Source of the DNA: Candidatus Aenigmatarchaeota archaeon
GTDB taxonomy: Archaea; Aenigmatarchaeota; Aenigmatarchaeia; CG10238-14
Direction of reading: 5' to 3'
NCBI GenBank assembly: GCA_018304545.1
Contig: JAGVVZ010000003.1
Coordinates: 32,987 to 96,986, forward strand
DNA: 64,000 nt
Positions 28,231-38,796 of this stretch are shown in pieces. Each line of letters begins with the position of its first letter. Positions within the stretch are counted from its first letter, which is position 1. The position numbers and the translations under genes are program-made. The notes under the pieces are model-generated. The model saw nothing but the letters and a program-made list of their open reading frames with translations. It was not told where the DNA came from and made no database searches.

Positions 28231-28644
28231 TTATATTATTGTTTGTCCTATCCTATACTGATCTAAATATTGCCGTATTTTTTGAGGATCAATCTCCTTA
28301 CTCTCAAAATATTTTATTACAACTGCTATAAGCCATGCATGCATGCATGCACCTATTTCAGGCGATTTTTCCTGAACTTTCAAATCCATTCCTCTGTAAT
28401 CGATTCTTGTTTCTACACGACACCTTTCTACATATTTTTCGTCTCTAGATAAATCATAACCCACAGATATTCTAACTGGTAATGTATAATCTTTCTGATC
28501 ATAAGAAAAACCATAATTTAAATTTAAATTGACTACGCGCTGGAAATCTAATATGAGCTGGAAATCTGACATAAGAAGGAGAAGAATCACTAATAATTTA
28601 TATCTATCGGATAGGAACTTCCAGTAGAATATCGACACGAACAT
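28231..28644 (-). CDS. hypothetical protein
   Basis: 137-aa ORF. Contains the (catg)4 microsatellite. Confidence 0.25.
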   Translation of the reverse strand: MFVSIFYWKFLSDRYKLLVILLLLMSDFQLILDFQRVVNLNLNYGFSYDQKDYTLPVRISVGYDLSRDEKYVERCRVETRIDYRGMDLKVQEKSPEIGACMHAWLIAVVIKYFESKEIDPQKIRQYLDQYRIGQTII

Positions 28645-28686
28645 GTACAGAATAATTATAAATTCTTTTTATTGAAACCAAATTAA

Positions 28687-29886
28687 ATGAACTTGCGATT
28701 GCCCGTTTATGATGTAGGAAAAGGAAATATTCTTTTTGCTTTAGCATTCATTGATGCAGAAAACAGAATGAGACGGTTAGGCCAAACATTTCCTTGGGAA
28801 AAATCTGAAATTTTCAGTTTGCCTTCAAAATCCGCGGCAGAGTTTCATAAGAGAATATCAGTCGATCCTGCAGCAGCAAGAGTATATTCGAACGGTGTTG
28901 CTTATAATCTTCTCAGAACAGTCGGCAGAAGACTTATCACTGATGAAGATACAAAACGATTTTGTGAAGAAGCCGCTGAAACGGGAGACGGCGTATTTGC
29001 ATTTCAAAACATGGTTCTAGAGTATATGATGAAAGTTAGAAAAGGCAATAAAGTCGGTGTCTACTCACCCGATTCTATTCACAAACCTGGAATTCCACAA
29101 GATATTGATTTTGCTGTTTTAAGAGATGAAAGGTATGTAGATGATTTTTCGAAAGATTTTCCTGATTTATCTAGAAACCATATATTGGCATCGCCTCTGA
29201 TCCCAGAGCTCATTGCAAGAGGAAGAGAAGAACATTATGCCAGAAGGAAAGAGTCTAGAAGAAGAGGAGATAAACTCCATATCGTATTGAATCCATCTAG
29301 AAGTGGTGTACCTTATTACGGCCATCCACTCATGCTCTCACTGACAACCTTATTGGGAGAAGGCCATTCACTGACTGTTATTGGTTCAGAACCCAAATCG
29401 GATGAAACGATGATTCTATGCGCAGAAGCATATTGTGAGAAACATGGATTAAGGGATGATATTGTTGACGGAGTTTATACCAGACCTGAAGAGGGACGAG
29501 TTAGATATGTCAAAAACTATGATGTGATGAAATTAATACATGAAGCTACGAAAGCCATATGTGATGCCGATCTAGTAGTATGTCCATCAAATGAAGCGGC
29601 AGTTATATTAAAAATGGGCTTCTGTCCGGGCGTAATTTATAGATCAGATAGAGGAATACATGAGATAAGAAATAGAGAAGAGGCTGAGGGAGATGGGACT
29701 GTTTATGTTTTAAAAGGTGATAATGAGAGACAATATCTGACTTGCGCCGATCAGATAAGAGGTGTTGAAAGACAACTAGATGCTATGATGGAACGATGCC
29801 ACACTTATGCCGGACCGTATGAGGGAAATGAAAAGGTTGTACAATTTGTGGCACGGATGATCCTGCTATATGACAGAAACCTTTAA
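28687..29886 (+). CDS. hypothetical protein (Arg-rich, higher GC than neighbours)
   Basis: 399-aa ORF with clean coding composition and no recognised motif. Confidence 0.4.
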   Translation: MNLRLPVYDVGKGNILFALAFIDAENRMRRLGQTFPWEKSEIFSLPSKSAAEFHKRISVDPAAARVYSNGVAYNLLRTVGRRLITDEDTKRFCEEAAETGDGVFAFQNMVLEYMMKVRKGNKVGVYSPDSIHKPGIPQDIDFAVLRDERYVDDFSKDFPDLSRNHILASPLIPELIARGREEHYARRKESRRRGDKLHIVLNPSRSGVPYYGHPLMLSLTTLLGEGHSLTVIGSEPKSDETMILCAEAYCEKHGLRDDIVDGVYTRPEEGRVRYVKNYDVMKLIHEATKAICDADLVVCPSNEAAVILKMGFCPGVIYRSDRGIHEIRNREEAEGDGTVYVLKGDNERQYLTCADQIRGVERQLDAMMERCHTYAGPYEGNEKVVQFVARMILLYDRNL

Positions 29887-29919
29887 AAATAATATTTAAC
29901 TATTAATAAGTGATAAAAA

Positions 29920-30408
29920 ATGCAAAGGTTGAAATTAACTGAAGATTTTGAAGAAGGGCTAAGATCAAAAGCTCAACAAAGTCAACCTTATCACACTCAA
30001 AATTACCTGAGTTTATATGAAATTATATTAGAAGAAGCTCTCAAATGTCAACTTTACGAAATGGGAGTTAACCTTCTGGAAGCTGCTTATCTCCGCATAT
30101 CTGGTCATGATAAGCCTAAAATACCTGAAGCAGTAGATGCGTTAATTAAAGCCGCTAATCTTCCTTTAAAAGGATATGGTTTAGTTACAGAAACTGTTGG
30201 AAATTTGAGAAAAAGAGATGATATCGGGAATTTATTGACTGAAGAGCCTTATGGTTCAGAATGGATAACGGCGCAAAAATTATATGATGAGGTTTTGACC
30301 CAAGAAGGTTTTGGGAAGTTTGTAGGAGATATAATCACAGAACTAACAAGGACTTATCTAATACAATTATTCACTGAGTCGTTGTCAGAAGAAAAACATG
30401 AAAATTGA
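29920..30408 (+). CDS. hypothetical protein
   Basis: 162-aa ORF. Confidence 0.35.
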   Translation: MQRLKLTEDFEEGLRSKAQQSQPYHTQNYLSLYEIILEEALKCQLYEMGVNLLEAAYLRISGHDKPKIPEAVDALIKAANLPLKGYGLVTETVGNLRKRDDIGNLLTEEPYGSEWITAQKLYDEVLTQEGFGKFVGDIITELTRTYLIQLFTESLSEEKHEN

Positions 30409-30449
30409 TTTCTAAATCATTCTATTATTTACAATGATTATTCAGAATT

Positions 30450-32537
30450 TTATCTCTTCTTTTGCTCTCTCATTGCCTTTTGTCTGATCTCTTCGATCAT
30501 TTTCTTTCTTGCTTCTTCCATCTTCGGATCTGCTACTTTCTTCTGAACCTTTCTTTCTGCCTTAACTTCTTTCTGAACTGGCTCAGCCTTCACTTCTACG
30601 TAATCTTCATGAGCCGGCAAATAATCATCGACTTTATGTGCGCTGCCCTTTATTCTTGTTCCCCTTGGATAGAACTTGATTACCAATGCCAATCCTACCA
30701 AAGCAACAATTACATACCATCCTTTGGCCAATAATGTCGATGCAAACAAGAATGCACCTGTTGGCAGGCTTGATTTCTCTTCAGGGACTGTTGTTGCATT
30801 TACTGTAACTTGTTCGACTGTAGTTGTTGTTGCTACCGGTTTAGCTTTGACTATCAAATCAATGCTCTTCTCATATGTTGTTGTGCTTGAACCTGAAGAT
30901 GCCTGTAATGTGACAGCATATGTTTTTGCAATTGCCGTCTCTGGAACGTTAATCGTTAATGCGACTGGCTCACTTCCGCCATAAGCCAAACTATCAATCT
31001 TTGATGGTTCGAATGAATACCAAGTTGTCAATATGCCTTTAGCAGCAAACACTACATTATCCAAAGATGGTCTATGTTTCGTAGTGAATTTGCCGGAAAC
31101 TGTGACAGATGATCCTGCTTCAACTTCAGTTGATTTTGGAAAGTCGGTAAAGCCTGTTGTATCTGTTTCAGATCCCTTTGTAACTGTTAATCCACCACCA
31201 GATGAAGATCTGCTTGAGCTGCTGGATGAAGAGCTACTTGAACTTGATCCTCCTGAACTGCCGCCAGATGAGCCTCCACTGCTTCCGCCAGAGCTACCTC
31301 CTGATGACTGAGTTGTTGTGGTTGTCGTTGGCTCGCCTACCAGATATGCTGAGAAGCTCGTAACATTAGCTGTTATATAATCTCCGTCCAGAGTTGACGT
31401 GATCTTTGACCACTCTGAAGTGCAAACATTGGTATCTGGGTTGTAATTAGAACATTTGTACAAAGATATCTGGTTCTCGCTTCTGAATGAAAGATCCTTG
31501 TATTTCATTCTTAGATGAATGTTTGAAAATTCCACGCCGTTTGGCAGTTCAACATAAAATGCCCTGTAAACAGATAATGTGCTCAATGACGGCGAGACTG
31601 CATCTATTTTCAAATTGGCTTTTGTACCCAATGAGGATACGGTTGTATTTTTCAGCATGAAAATGAATTTGTCGTTGTCAAATCTGGCCTTGAAATCAAC
31701 CTTCGGGCTTGACGTGCTCATCGAACCCGTGCCGTTTATTGTCAGCGAAGACAAAACATTTGTTGTACCTGGAGACAATAAGTCAATATTCAAAGATCTT
31801 GAAACCTTCCCGTTTGTGACGTTCAAAGAAACGGATTGTGATGGGCCTGAGCATTGTCTCACCCCTCCAATAGACTTGCATACTCCTTTCGGACCGTATA
31901 CTTCCCTGCAGCAGAAATCACTGCATGATTCTGCAAATGTTGGATTGTTGCTGGTGCATGAATATTTTCTATAAACACCATTGTAGCAGCCATTCAACGT
32001 TCTCAAATCCTGACAATTGTCTGCATCTAACCCGCATGACATTATCGTGTTCTTGCACTCTCGAACAGGTTGATTGACTTCTGTTTCTATGAAGAAGTTG
32101 ATTGCACCGTCAGGGAGAGGCAGTCCGTTTTCACATGAACCGCTTAACAACAAAGTTCCTGCTTTTTCTCTTCTTATGTCGACATTCAAATTGAAAGGTG
32201 TTTTATCCTGGTTTGCTGCCATATTGATTTCTAATGGAAAAACGATATTCTTTAATGATGATGTCACATTTATTCTCAAGGTAATAGCCTGAGTATTGGA
32301 ATTTTTAATCTTCAAAGGATATTGGATTATGCCAGAGGCCTCGTCCGGAAAGTCGTTTGAATTGACTTTTATTATGCCTCCATAGTAGTTGACAGGCACT
32401 CCAAACTCATTGTATATTGTTGGATTGCCGCATGCTACTGACTCAGCGCTCTTAGTTACAAGGGAGAGTGAGACTATTAATGTTAAGAACGCCAATGCAA
32501 AAGTCGATATTAATAGTCTCTTCATGTTTTCTATCAC
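30450..32537 (-). CDS. Cys-rich cell-surface protein with (SSGG)n linker, LPTGAF+TM anchor and Lys-rich cytoplasmic tail
   Basis: Signal peptide. N-terminal module is paralogous to the 34398..36818 protein. SSGGSSGGSSGGSSGGSSGGSSSSSSSSSSSS linker. C-terminus LPTGAF-LFASTLLAKGWYVIVALVGLALVI-KFYPRG followed by a K/E-rich tail. Confidence 0.6.
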   Translation of the reverse strand: MIENMKRLLISTFALAFLTLIVSLSLVTKSAESVACGNPTIYNEFGVPVNYYGGIIKVNSNDFPDEASGIIQYPLKIKNSNTQAITLRINVTSSLKNIVFPLEINMAANQDKTPFNLNVDIRREKAGTLLLSGSCENGLPLPDGAINFFIETEVNQPVRECKNTIMSCGLDADNCQDLRTLNGCYNGVYRKYSCTSNNPTFAESCSDFCCREVYGPKGVCKSIGGVRQCSGPSQSVSLNVTNGKVSRSLNIDLLSPGTTNVLSSLTINGTGSMSTSSPKVDFKARFDNDKFIFMLKNTTVSSLGTKANLKIDAVSPSLSTLSVYRAFYVELPNGVEFSNIHLRMKYKDLSFRSENQISLYKCSNYNPDTNVCTSEWSKITSTLDGDYITANVTSFSAYLVGEPTTTTTTQSSGGSSGGSSGGSSGGSSGGSSSSSSSSSSSSRSSSGGGLTVTKGSETDTTGFTDFPKSTEVEAGSSVTVSGKFTTKHRPSLDNVVFAAKGILTTWYSFEPSKIDSLAYGGSEPVALTINVPETAIAKTYAVTLQASSGSSTTTYEKSIDLIVKAKPVATTTTVEQVTVNATTVPEEKSSLPTGAFLFASTLLAKGWYVIVALVGLALVIKFYPRGTRIKGSAHKVDDYLPAHEDYVEVKAEPVQKEVKAERKVQKKVADPKMEEARKKMIEEIRQKAMREQKKR

Positions 32538-32650
32538 TTAGATATTTTACTATTATCACTATTTGATAGTTAAATATTTAAATCTTATATAATATGTTTG
32601 GTTTTGGCAAGAAAAGACATATTATAACTTTCTAAACAAAATAAAAGAAT

Positions 32651-32685
32651 TTTCTACCTTATTTAAATTTTTTTCCTATTGATAG
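32651..32685 (-). promoter_or_regulatory. conserved upstream element (tttctaccttatttaa ... ttttcctattgatag)
   Basis: Lies 114-148 nt upstream of the 32537 start. The first half recurs at 41127-41144 and the second half at 28210-28226. Confidence 0.25.
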
Positions 32686-32814
32686 AAAAATCTGTATCTA
32701 TCCAACAGTAATGACTTAATTCCCAATAGAAATGAATCTGATCATATATCATAACAAAGTTTATATATTAATTTTTACTATTTAGTAGTAAATTATATTA
32801 TTACTGGTAATTAT

Positions 32815-33987
32815 ATGATTTATTGGATCGAAGAATTAATTGAACTTCTTTTACCACGAGTTGTTGGAATAAAAAAGACTAGTGAGTTGTATTCTCGGGC
32901 AGTAAAGTATTCGAATAGAGGATCACCTGAAATGGTTTCTGGTTTGATGCATCTGATCGATCAAAAAGGCAGAAGATATAATGTAGATATCAGAAAATAC
33001 ACACAACATGAAAAAGTGCTTTTAGCTAGGGCTCATCTAGAAGCTGCTAGAATATATGCGGATGTGGCGTTTGGTAAATGCATTGAAATGTACGGGAGAG
33101 AAGGATCGGCTGTATTTGCAAGAATTGGTGTGGGCGATGGCTTCTGGGCCGGAGCTGATGGGCATGTTTATGTCAGAAATTATAAAGGCAATCTCCAAAG
33201 TAGTGGACGACGTGCAAGTAATGATCTAGAACTTAGAGCCCAAAAAGCAGCTGAAACAGGATACGATCCTGTCACATTAGGTATAGCAAGAGAACATGCT
33301 GAGAAAGCAAGGATATGCATAAAAGATGCTGCAGTGCCTGAAGAATACAGAAGAGGCTTTCTAATAGAACTTGCCAGAGTCACTACTCAGAATTTTGCCA
33401 CACAACTCGACGTGATTGTTTATGTAGAAGGAAGAGAAATAAAACATGCTATTGTTCCATCTCTTTTAAGGCAATATGCCGATAAAGGATCTCCTTATGA
33501 AGGTAGAATTGCTGAAGAAGTTAGAGGAATAAGAAGAGGACTGAGATACGCTGAAAGAGTAGCTGAAGAAAGAAAGAAATTTTTGGCTCGGGCTATTTTA
33601 GCGTCTATTGAAGCAATGAAAAAAATGGCCAGCACAACAACAGATGGATCAACAGTTGATAAATCGAATGTAGATTCTCCTACAAGCAGTACTAAACCTT
33701 CTTCTAGTATTTCTTATCATGAAGTTTATCTTCCATTATATAGACCGCCTCTTGATTTAAACCACAGACCCGAATATGAACCACGTGTTACAAAACCACG
33801 TAACCAATACAGTCCAAAACCGCCACACCATCTTCAGATGAGTCCTTCTGCTTCTCGTGTACAAACAAGAAGAGAAAAGGGACATATAGGACACGGCCAA
33901 CGACGTAATGTAAGAAGAGGTAATTTCGAACAACACAAAAACAGAAGTGTAAAATTAGAAGGTAAAGAAAAAAGATTCAGAATATAG
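32815..33987 (+). CDS. hypothetical protein (Arg-rich, basic C-terminal tail)
   Basis: 390-aa ORF. The C-terminal 100 aa are Pro/Arg/Lys-rich. Confidence 0.4.
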   Translation: MIYWIEELIELLLPRVVGIKKTSELYSRAVKYSNRGSPEMVSGLMHLIDQKGRRYNVDIRKYTQHEKVLLARAHLEAARIYADVAFGKCIEMYGREGSAVFARIGVGDGFWAGADGHVYVRNYKGNLQSSGRRASNDLELRAQKAAETGYDPVTLGIAREHAEKARICIKDAAVPEEYRRGFLIELARVTTQNFATQLDVIVYVEGREIKHAIVPSLLRQYADKGSPYEGRIAEEVRGIRRGLRYAERVAEERKKFLARAILASIEAMKKMASTTTDGSTVDKSNVDSPTSSTKPSSSISYHEVYLPLYRPPLDLNHRPEYEPRVTKPRNQYSPKPPHHLQMSPSASRVQTRREKGHIGHGQRRNVRRGNFEQHKNRSVKLEGKEKRFRI

Positions 33988-34369
33988 CTAAACTGGATTT
34001 GAACAATGTGGTAATCCTTGGATCCAATGAAACAGCTATAACAAAATAAACCAATAGATAAATGACCAGCGTCATTGTCATCATTTCCAATTTGCTAAAA
34101 TTTTTTCTTCTCATAACGATTGGTATAGAAACTAATAAGAAAATTTCTGCGAAAAAACTACTTACCGAAAACCAAAAATAAATTTTTTTCAATGTTTCTG
34201 GAAAATATGAAATGTCTTCTTTCACATTCCCAAAAACATCTAATACAGAACTAACTCTTAATATATCCTGAGTAACATCCTTAACAAAATGAATTAAAAC
34301 TAAAATAAAAATAAATGGCAAGAGCATTCTCCAGATTTTATAAATTGCTTGCTGCTTTTTCATATACAA
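33977..34369 (-). CDS. small membrane protein
   Basis: 130 aa with 3 TM helices. Immediately upstream of the 34398..36818 gene on the same strand. Confidence 0.35.
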   Translation of the reverse strand: MYMKKQQAIYKIWRMLLPFIFILVLIHFVKDVTQDILRVSSVLDVFGNVKEDISYFPETLKKIYFWFSVSSFFAEIFLLVSIPIVMRRKNFSKLEMMTMTLVIYLLVYFVIAVSLDPRITTLFKSSLAIF

Positions 34370-34397
34370 GAATTATTATTCTATACTATTCAAAGCA

Positions 34398-36818
34398 CTA
34401 ACATCCATCAGCATTTCCGCATTGCACCCATCTGACTGTCCTTAAAAGCAAGGCGTCTCCATCTGATGTGAAACTGGTGAAAGGGTTGGATTTGTAAACC
34501 CATCCCACATAAGCATACCTGCCTCTCGTTCCTGATGCATCCACTTTAAACATCGTTGACGCTGTATTTGTCAGCAGGTTTGCTAAATTGGTTGATCCTG
34601 AATTAAGACGTGTTGATATCACTCCTGCTGTAATCGTATTAGAGTTAGTTACTTGAATTGTGCTGTTAAATGGTGATGTGATCGGATCTGCAACCATCTT
34701 CTTAATATTTTTCCCCGTCTCCTTGAATCCTGAATAAGATGATACGTATCCAAACGTCTTTCCCGCTCTGACATATTGATAATCAGGAACTTCCAAAAAT
34801 CCCAATCTTCCTGTTTTATGCTTCATGAAAGGTGCTGTGTACGACCTCAATGCGCAACCTTTGCCTGCGGATGAGCAGACCATGAAATCATAATTATCCA
34901 ATGCGGATAGAGTCCATTTAGTTTGTGACTTGCCGACAACTGTGTATCCTTCACTCCTCAGCCACTCCATCAATCTTAGCTCGCTTATTTCGCTGCATGA
35001 ATTATCACCGCAAATAAAAGCAACTTTCTGTTGTATCAAAGGCAGGATCGTGATCGTGGTGGAATATGGATCTGATTCCAGTTCTCCATCGTTCACTTTC
35101 AATATGACAGTATAATCTCCCTGATTTGCATAAACATGAGTGATGATCGGTGTGGTTGTCCATCCTGATGTGGAGCCGTCGCCGAAATCCCAGAAATATT
35201 GCAATGATGCATTCTCAGGATCTTCGGATGAACTCGCGTCAAACGTGATGCTTTGACCGACATATGCAATAGACGATGGAATGGTTGTATAAGAAGCTTG
35301 AGGTGGATCATTGCCTTGTGAGTTGCTAAGACATGAATCGCCACAAGATGCCCACGTAAATATTCTATCCAGCAGATCGTTTCCTTCTTGAGTCATAGCT
35401 CGCATCGAAGATTTGTAGAACCAGCCGACATAAACAAATCTTCCCCTAGACACAGATTCTGGAACTTTGAATAAAGTTGATTTGCCTGCACTCTCTTCAA
35501 CGTCTGCCAAATCTTTAACAGACGATTTCAAAAAGTAATCGGCTAAAACGACAAACACTGTATCGCTATTAAAGATCGGCACGCGAGATCCGAAAGGTTT
35601 TGTAACAACATCTTTCGTATCTGTTACGATCAGATCGGATCCTGTAGTCAGGACCGTATAGAAGTTAGAAGTATAATCAAACTTGAATGCCTGGCCAGCA
35701 TATCTGTAATCCGCCACTTCCACAAACGGCATGCCTTGGAATTTGTGCTTATTATAGATTACAGATCCCGGCTCTGCCTTGCATGCCGTGTTCTCATCCG
35801 TACATACCATCACATCATAACCGTCTAGCTCGGATCCCAACCAAGCATTATATGCCTTGCCTGTCACAAACCATCCTTTTGATGTGAGCCAATTCTTCAA
35901 ATCCCCTTCTATGCCTTCCGTGCATGTGTTATCCTTGCATATCAACGCGATCTTTCCTTTGAACGATGATGGATCCAAACAGCTACCATCAGAACAAATG
36001 TTTGTTCCACAGCTCTCCTGAAGAACTAAATGCTTGCATCCGTCATTGCCCACAGTACATGAATAGACGTTATTGCCGTCGCACTGATTTGATGTGAACG
36101 AGCACTCGTCTACACAACCGGCTGGACCTACGCAAGTGCTGATGCCATTGATGCTTTGGCACGAAGCCTGGCTACCATAATACTGTTGGCAACAGAAATT
36201 ACTGCAAGACTGGGAATATTTCGGCTTGTTCTGCGAGCATGAATAGACTCTGTTGTAGCCCTGGTTACAGCCGTCATACTGCGTCAGATCTTGACAATCC
36301 GGATATACCCCGCAAGAGAAGCGATTGTTGGAGCAGGTTTGCGGTGCTGCGTTGCCCCGGCCTTGCAAATTGAATGATATGAAACCTTCAGGTACTGGCA
36401 CGCCGTTTTGGCAAGTGCCTGCTATTGCTAATGAACCTTGTTTGCTTCCGTCATCTACGTAGACATTCAGCGTAAAATTCCTTCTCTCTTTCGAAGCTAA
36501 CGTAACTGTAGTACCGTAAACATAATTGAACAGGCTGGACGATGGATCTATTTCGAATGTCATACTTTGCAAGCTTGGATTATACGCGGTCAGGTTGAAT
36601 GGAACCAGTTTGTAAATGGAAGGGAATTTCGTGCCATTGACAAAAATCACTCCCCCATAGTAATTGACCGGTGCACCAAACTCATTGTATATCAGCGGAT
36701 TGGAGCATGCCACTGCCTTCGCTGAGTTCATAGATAGCAGTGCTATAATAGAAAACACTGCGAATAGCAGAACGATATTTTTAATGTTCGTAAACCTAAC
36801 AAGATCTAGATTTTTCAT
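34398..36818 (-). CDS. Cys-rich secreted surface protein with PKD domain
   Basis: Signal peptide. N-terminal VACSNPLIYNEFGAPVNYYGG module. More than 50 Cys residues. PKD signature YFWDFGDGSTSG...HVYANQGDYTVILKVND. Confidence 0.6.
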   Translation of the reverse strand: MKNLDLVRFTNIKNIVLLFAVFSIIALLSMNSAKAVACSNPLIYNEFGAPVNYYGGVIFVNGTKFPSIYKLVPFNLTAYNPSLQSMTFEIDPSSSLFNYVYGTTVTLASKERRNFTLNVYVDDGSKQGSLAIAGTCQNGVPVPEGFISFNLQGRGNAAPQTCSNNRFSCGVYPDCQDLTQYDGCNQGYNRVYSCSQNKPKYSQSCSNFCCQQYYGSQASCQSINGISTCVGPAGCVDECSFTSNQCDGNNVYSCTVGNDGCKHLVLQESCGTNICSDGSCLDPSSFKGKIALICKDNTCTEGIEGDLKNWLTSKGWFVTGKAYNAWLGSELDGYDVMVCTDENTACKAEPGSVIYNKHKFQGMPFVEVADYRYAGQAFKFDYTSNFYTVLTTGSDLIVTDTKDVVTKPFGSRVPIFNSDTVFVVLADYFLKSSVKDLADVEESAGKSTLFKVPESVSRGRFVYVGWFYKSSMRAMTQEGNDLLDRIFTWASCGDSCLSNSQGNDPPQASYTTIPSSIAYVGQSITFDASSSEDPENASLQYFWDFGDGSTSGWTTTPIITHVYANQGDYTVILKVNDGELESDPYSTTITILPLIQQKVAFICGDNSCSEISELRLMEWLRSEGYTVVGKSQTKWTLSALDNYDFMVCSSAGKGCALRSYTAPFMKHKTGRLGFLEVPDYQYVRAGKTFGYVSSYSGFKETGKNIKKMVADPITSPFNSTIQVTNSNTITAGVISTRLNSGSTNLANLLTNTASTMFKVDASGTRGRYAYVGWVYKSNPFTSFTSDGDALLLRTVRWVQCGNADGC

Positions 36819-36964
36819 GTTTTATTAATAGGAGAAACAATATAACTCCTTATTCTGAATGGAGATAGAAAAAGGTTTTATACAAAATGAAAATTATCAA
36901 AAGACATTAGTTCATATTTTAATGTTAATTACATTTTGAAAGAATCAGAAAAATCCTCATTCAT

Positions 36965-37013
36965 AAAAAAATAAAAGATTAGCGCTAACCTTCCCGCGGT
37001 TATATTGCTCTTG
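36965..37013 (+). repeat. cassette-boundary repeat copy 1 (A-rich tract + ctaaccttcccgcggttatattgctctt)
   Basis: One of four copies of an A-rich tract followed by the 28-nt core TAACCTTCTCGCAGTTATATTGCTCTTA. This copy has 3 mismatches to the core. Confidence 0.7.
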
Positions 37014-37065
37014 TTATTGTATAGGTATAGAAAACTTTATATATTAGATATCATGATTTTAAATT

Positions 37066-37575
37066 ATGTTAGAAAGGAATGTTGCATTGAAGACGAGGGG
37101 ATGGAATACTATTAGTGATATCTCCGATAAACTGCATGTCAAGATAAGCACTGCTTATGTTTATGTTCATAGACTGGATAAGATGGGTTTTGTGATTCAG
37201 AGGATAAAGAAGCCAAGAGGCACCATGTATTTGATTGATTCAATTCCTGGCCTATCCAAAAATCGCGGCATGTTAGAAGATACCGATATTGTTGTATCTG
37301 AAATGGAGTTTGCAAAAAACAAAATTTCAAATGAACATAAAATAGCTTATTTTCTCTCACAATACAAGAAGGAAGAAAACAAGAGATTTTACGATTCTGC
37401 AAGGACAATTATCAGATCGATTAAAAACTGGAAGAAGCTGTACAGATATCTCAAAGCTTACGAGGTTTTGGGTGAGTTCAAGATGCTCTATCAGGAAGCA
37501 AGGAGAGAAATGAAAAAAATCCCCAGGATGCCGGACAGATATAAAAAATTGTTGAGTGTTGACCATGCTGGCTGA
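37066..37575 (+). CDS. putative HTH DNA-binding protein (first gene of a two-gene module)
   Basis: 169 aa. N-terminal ISDISDKLHVKISTAYVYVHRLDKMGFV resembles a wHTH. Overlaps the downstream nucleotidyltransferase gene. Confidence 0.4.
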   Translation: MLERNVALKTRGWNTISDISDKLHVKISTAYVYVHRLDKMGFVIQRIKKPRGTMYLIDSIPGLSKNRGMLEDTDIVVSEMEFAKNKISNEHKIAYFLSQYKKEENKRFYDSARTIIRSIKNWKKLYRYLKAYEVLGEFKMLYQEARREMKKIPRMPDRYKKLLSVDHAG

Positions 37576-38218
37576 TAAAGAATTTCTAGAAAAACTGTTA
37601 GACTACATAGGCAAGAAATTAAAACATGAGGTGAGAGGATTGCTCATAGGCGGAAATGCAATGATGTTTTATGATTTGAGAGGTCAAACCAAAGATTTGG
37701 ACATCGTTCTTTATGATAAAAATGACGTGACCGGTATAATCCAAATAATCAAAAATCATCCTTTGTTCAGAAAAACTGAGATTACAAAAAAACTTCCGTA
37801 TAAAATAAAGCCTGAATTGAAAGAGGGAAACCCAACTGTATTTTCAAATGGCGATATGCCGAGGTTTGATTTGTTTTACAAAAATGTCTTTTCCATTGAC
37901 ACAGAGCAAATGCATCAACTTGCAAAAAGAAGCATCAGGTTTGATTTGCTTACTCTAAAACTAGTTGAACCAGAACACCTGATATTTTTGAAAGCTGTTA
38001 CTGGAAGATCCGTAGATAGAGAAGATATAGTCAGATTGACGAAAAATCTGGACATAAATTGGAATCTGTTCTTGCAGTTTGCTCTGGATTATTATGAAAA
38101 GGACGAAAAAGCGGTTTGGTTTGTACTAGATACACTTTATGACATATATGAAAAGGAGAACTTGATACCTGAGTTTGTAATAAAAAAAATAGGAAGCAAA
38201 TTCGACCTAAAGAAATAA
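37565..38218 (+). CDS. minimal nucleotidyltransferase-fold protein
   Basis: GGNAMMFYDLRGQTKDLDIV matches the GS-X9-DXD nucleotidyltransferase signature. The ORF track uses a GTG at 37556. Confidence 0.5.
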   Translation: MLADKEFLEKLLDYIGKKLKHEVRGLLIGGNAMMFYDLRGQTKDLDIVLYDKNDVTGIIQIIKNHPLFRKTEITKKLPYKIKPELKEGNPTVFSNGDMPRFDLFYKNVFSIDTEQMHQLAKRSIRFDLLTLKLVEPEHLIFLKAVTGRSVDREDIVRLTKNLDINWNLFLQFALDYYEKDEKAVWFVLDTLYDIYEKENLIPEFVIKKIGSKFDLKK

Positions 38219-38302
38219 TACCGCTTGTGGTTGGTAAGTTTATTGTTCACAGTTTATAAACATTTTGTTCATAAAATGAAAACACTTTAGAATTACATAA
38301 TT

Positions 38303-38350
38303 AAAAAAGAAAAAATCAAACTTAACCTTCTCGCAGTTATATTGCTCTTA
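38303..38350 (+). repeat. cassette-boundary repeat copy 2
   Basis: aaaaaagaaaaaatcaaacttaaccttctcgcagttatattgctctta. Confidence 0.75.
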
Positions 38351-38427
38351 GCACCTCGTAAAATTTATTCCTACAGTCCGATTGAAAAGAGACTTCATGA
38401 GTAAAATTTAGAAATAATGTCCCGTCC

Positions 38428-38706
38428 TTATATTTTTGCAAAAGACTCTGCTCTTTTTATAATTTCCTCTCTTTTATTCGGGTTCAAAGAAATTTGCAAC
38501 CCATAAGAAGTTGGTTTGGACAATATTAATCCATCTTTTATTAATTCTCTAGTCATATCTACATATCTTCCACTCAAGTGTGCTGGTATTCCTTTTTTCA
38601 CTGATTCTATTGCCGTGTGCTTCCCTCCCCAGAATTTTTTCCAATGTAGTTTGAACAGAATGTGATTCTTGATTTGCTCAACTGTCGGAGAACCTTCTGC
38701 TGACAT
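38428..38706 (-). CDS. small putative winged-helix protein
   Basis: 92 aa with a wing-like stretch (AHLSGRYVDMTRELIKDGLILSKPTSYG). Confidence 0.35.
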   Translation of the reverse strand: MSAEGSPTVEQIKNHILFKLHWKKFWGGKHTAIESVKKGIPAHLSGRYVDMTRELIKDGLILSKPTSYGLQISLNPNKREEIIKRAESFAKI

Positions 38707-38796
38707 CTAAATATATTTAGCATTACCATATTAAAAGTTTATTTAAACATACTTTCAAAGATTAATTTTAAATACATATAAAATATAAGATAATTC

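Noticed and set aside
28333-28352. (catg)4-5 microsatellite
   Set aside because: It is a short simple repeat within a low-confidence ORF. No structural or regulatory significance is apparent.
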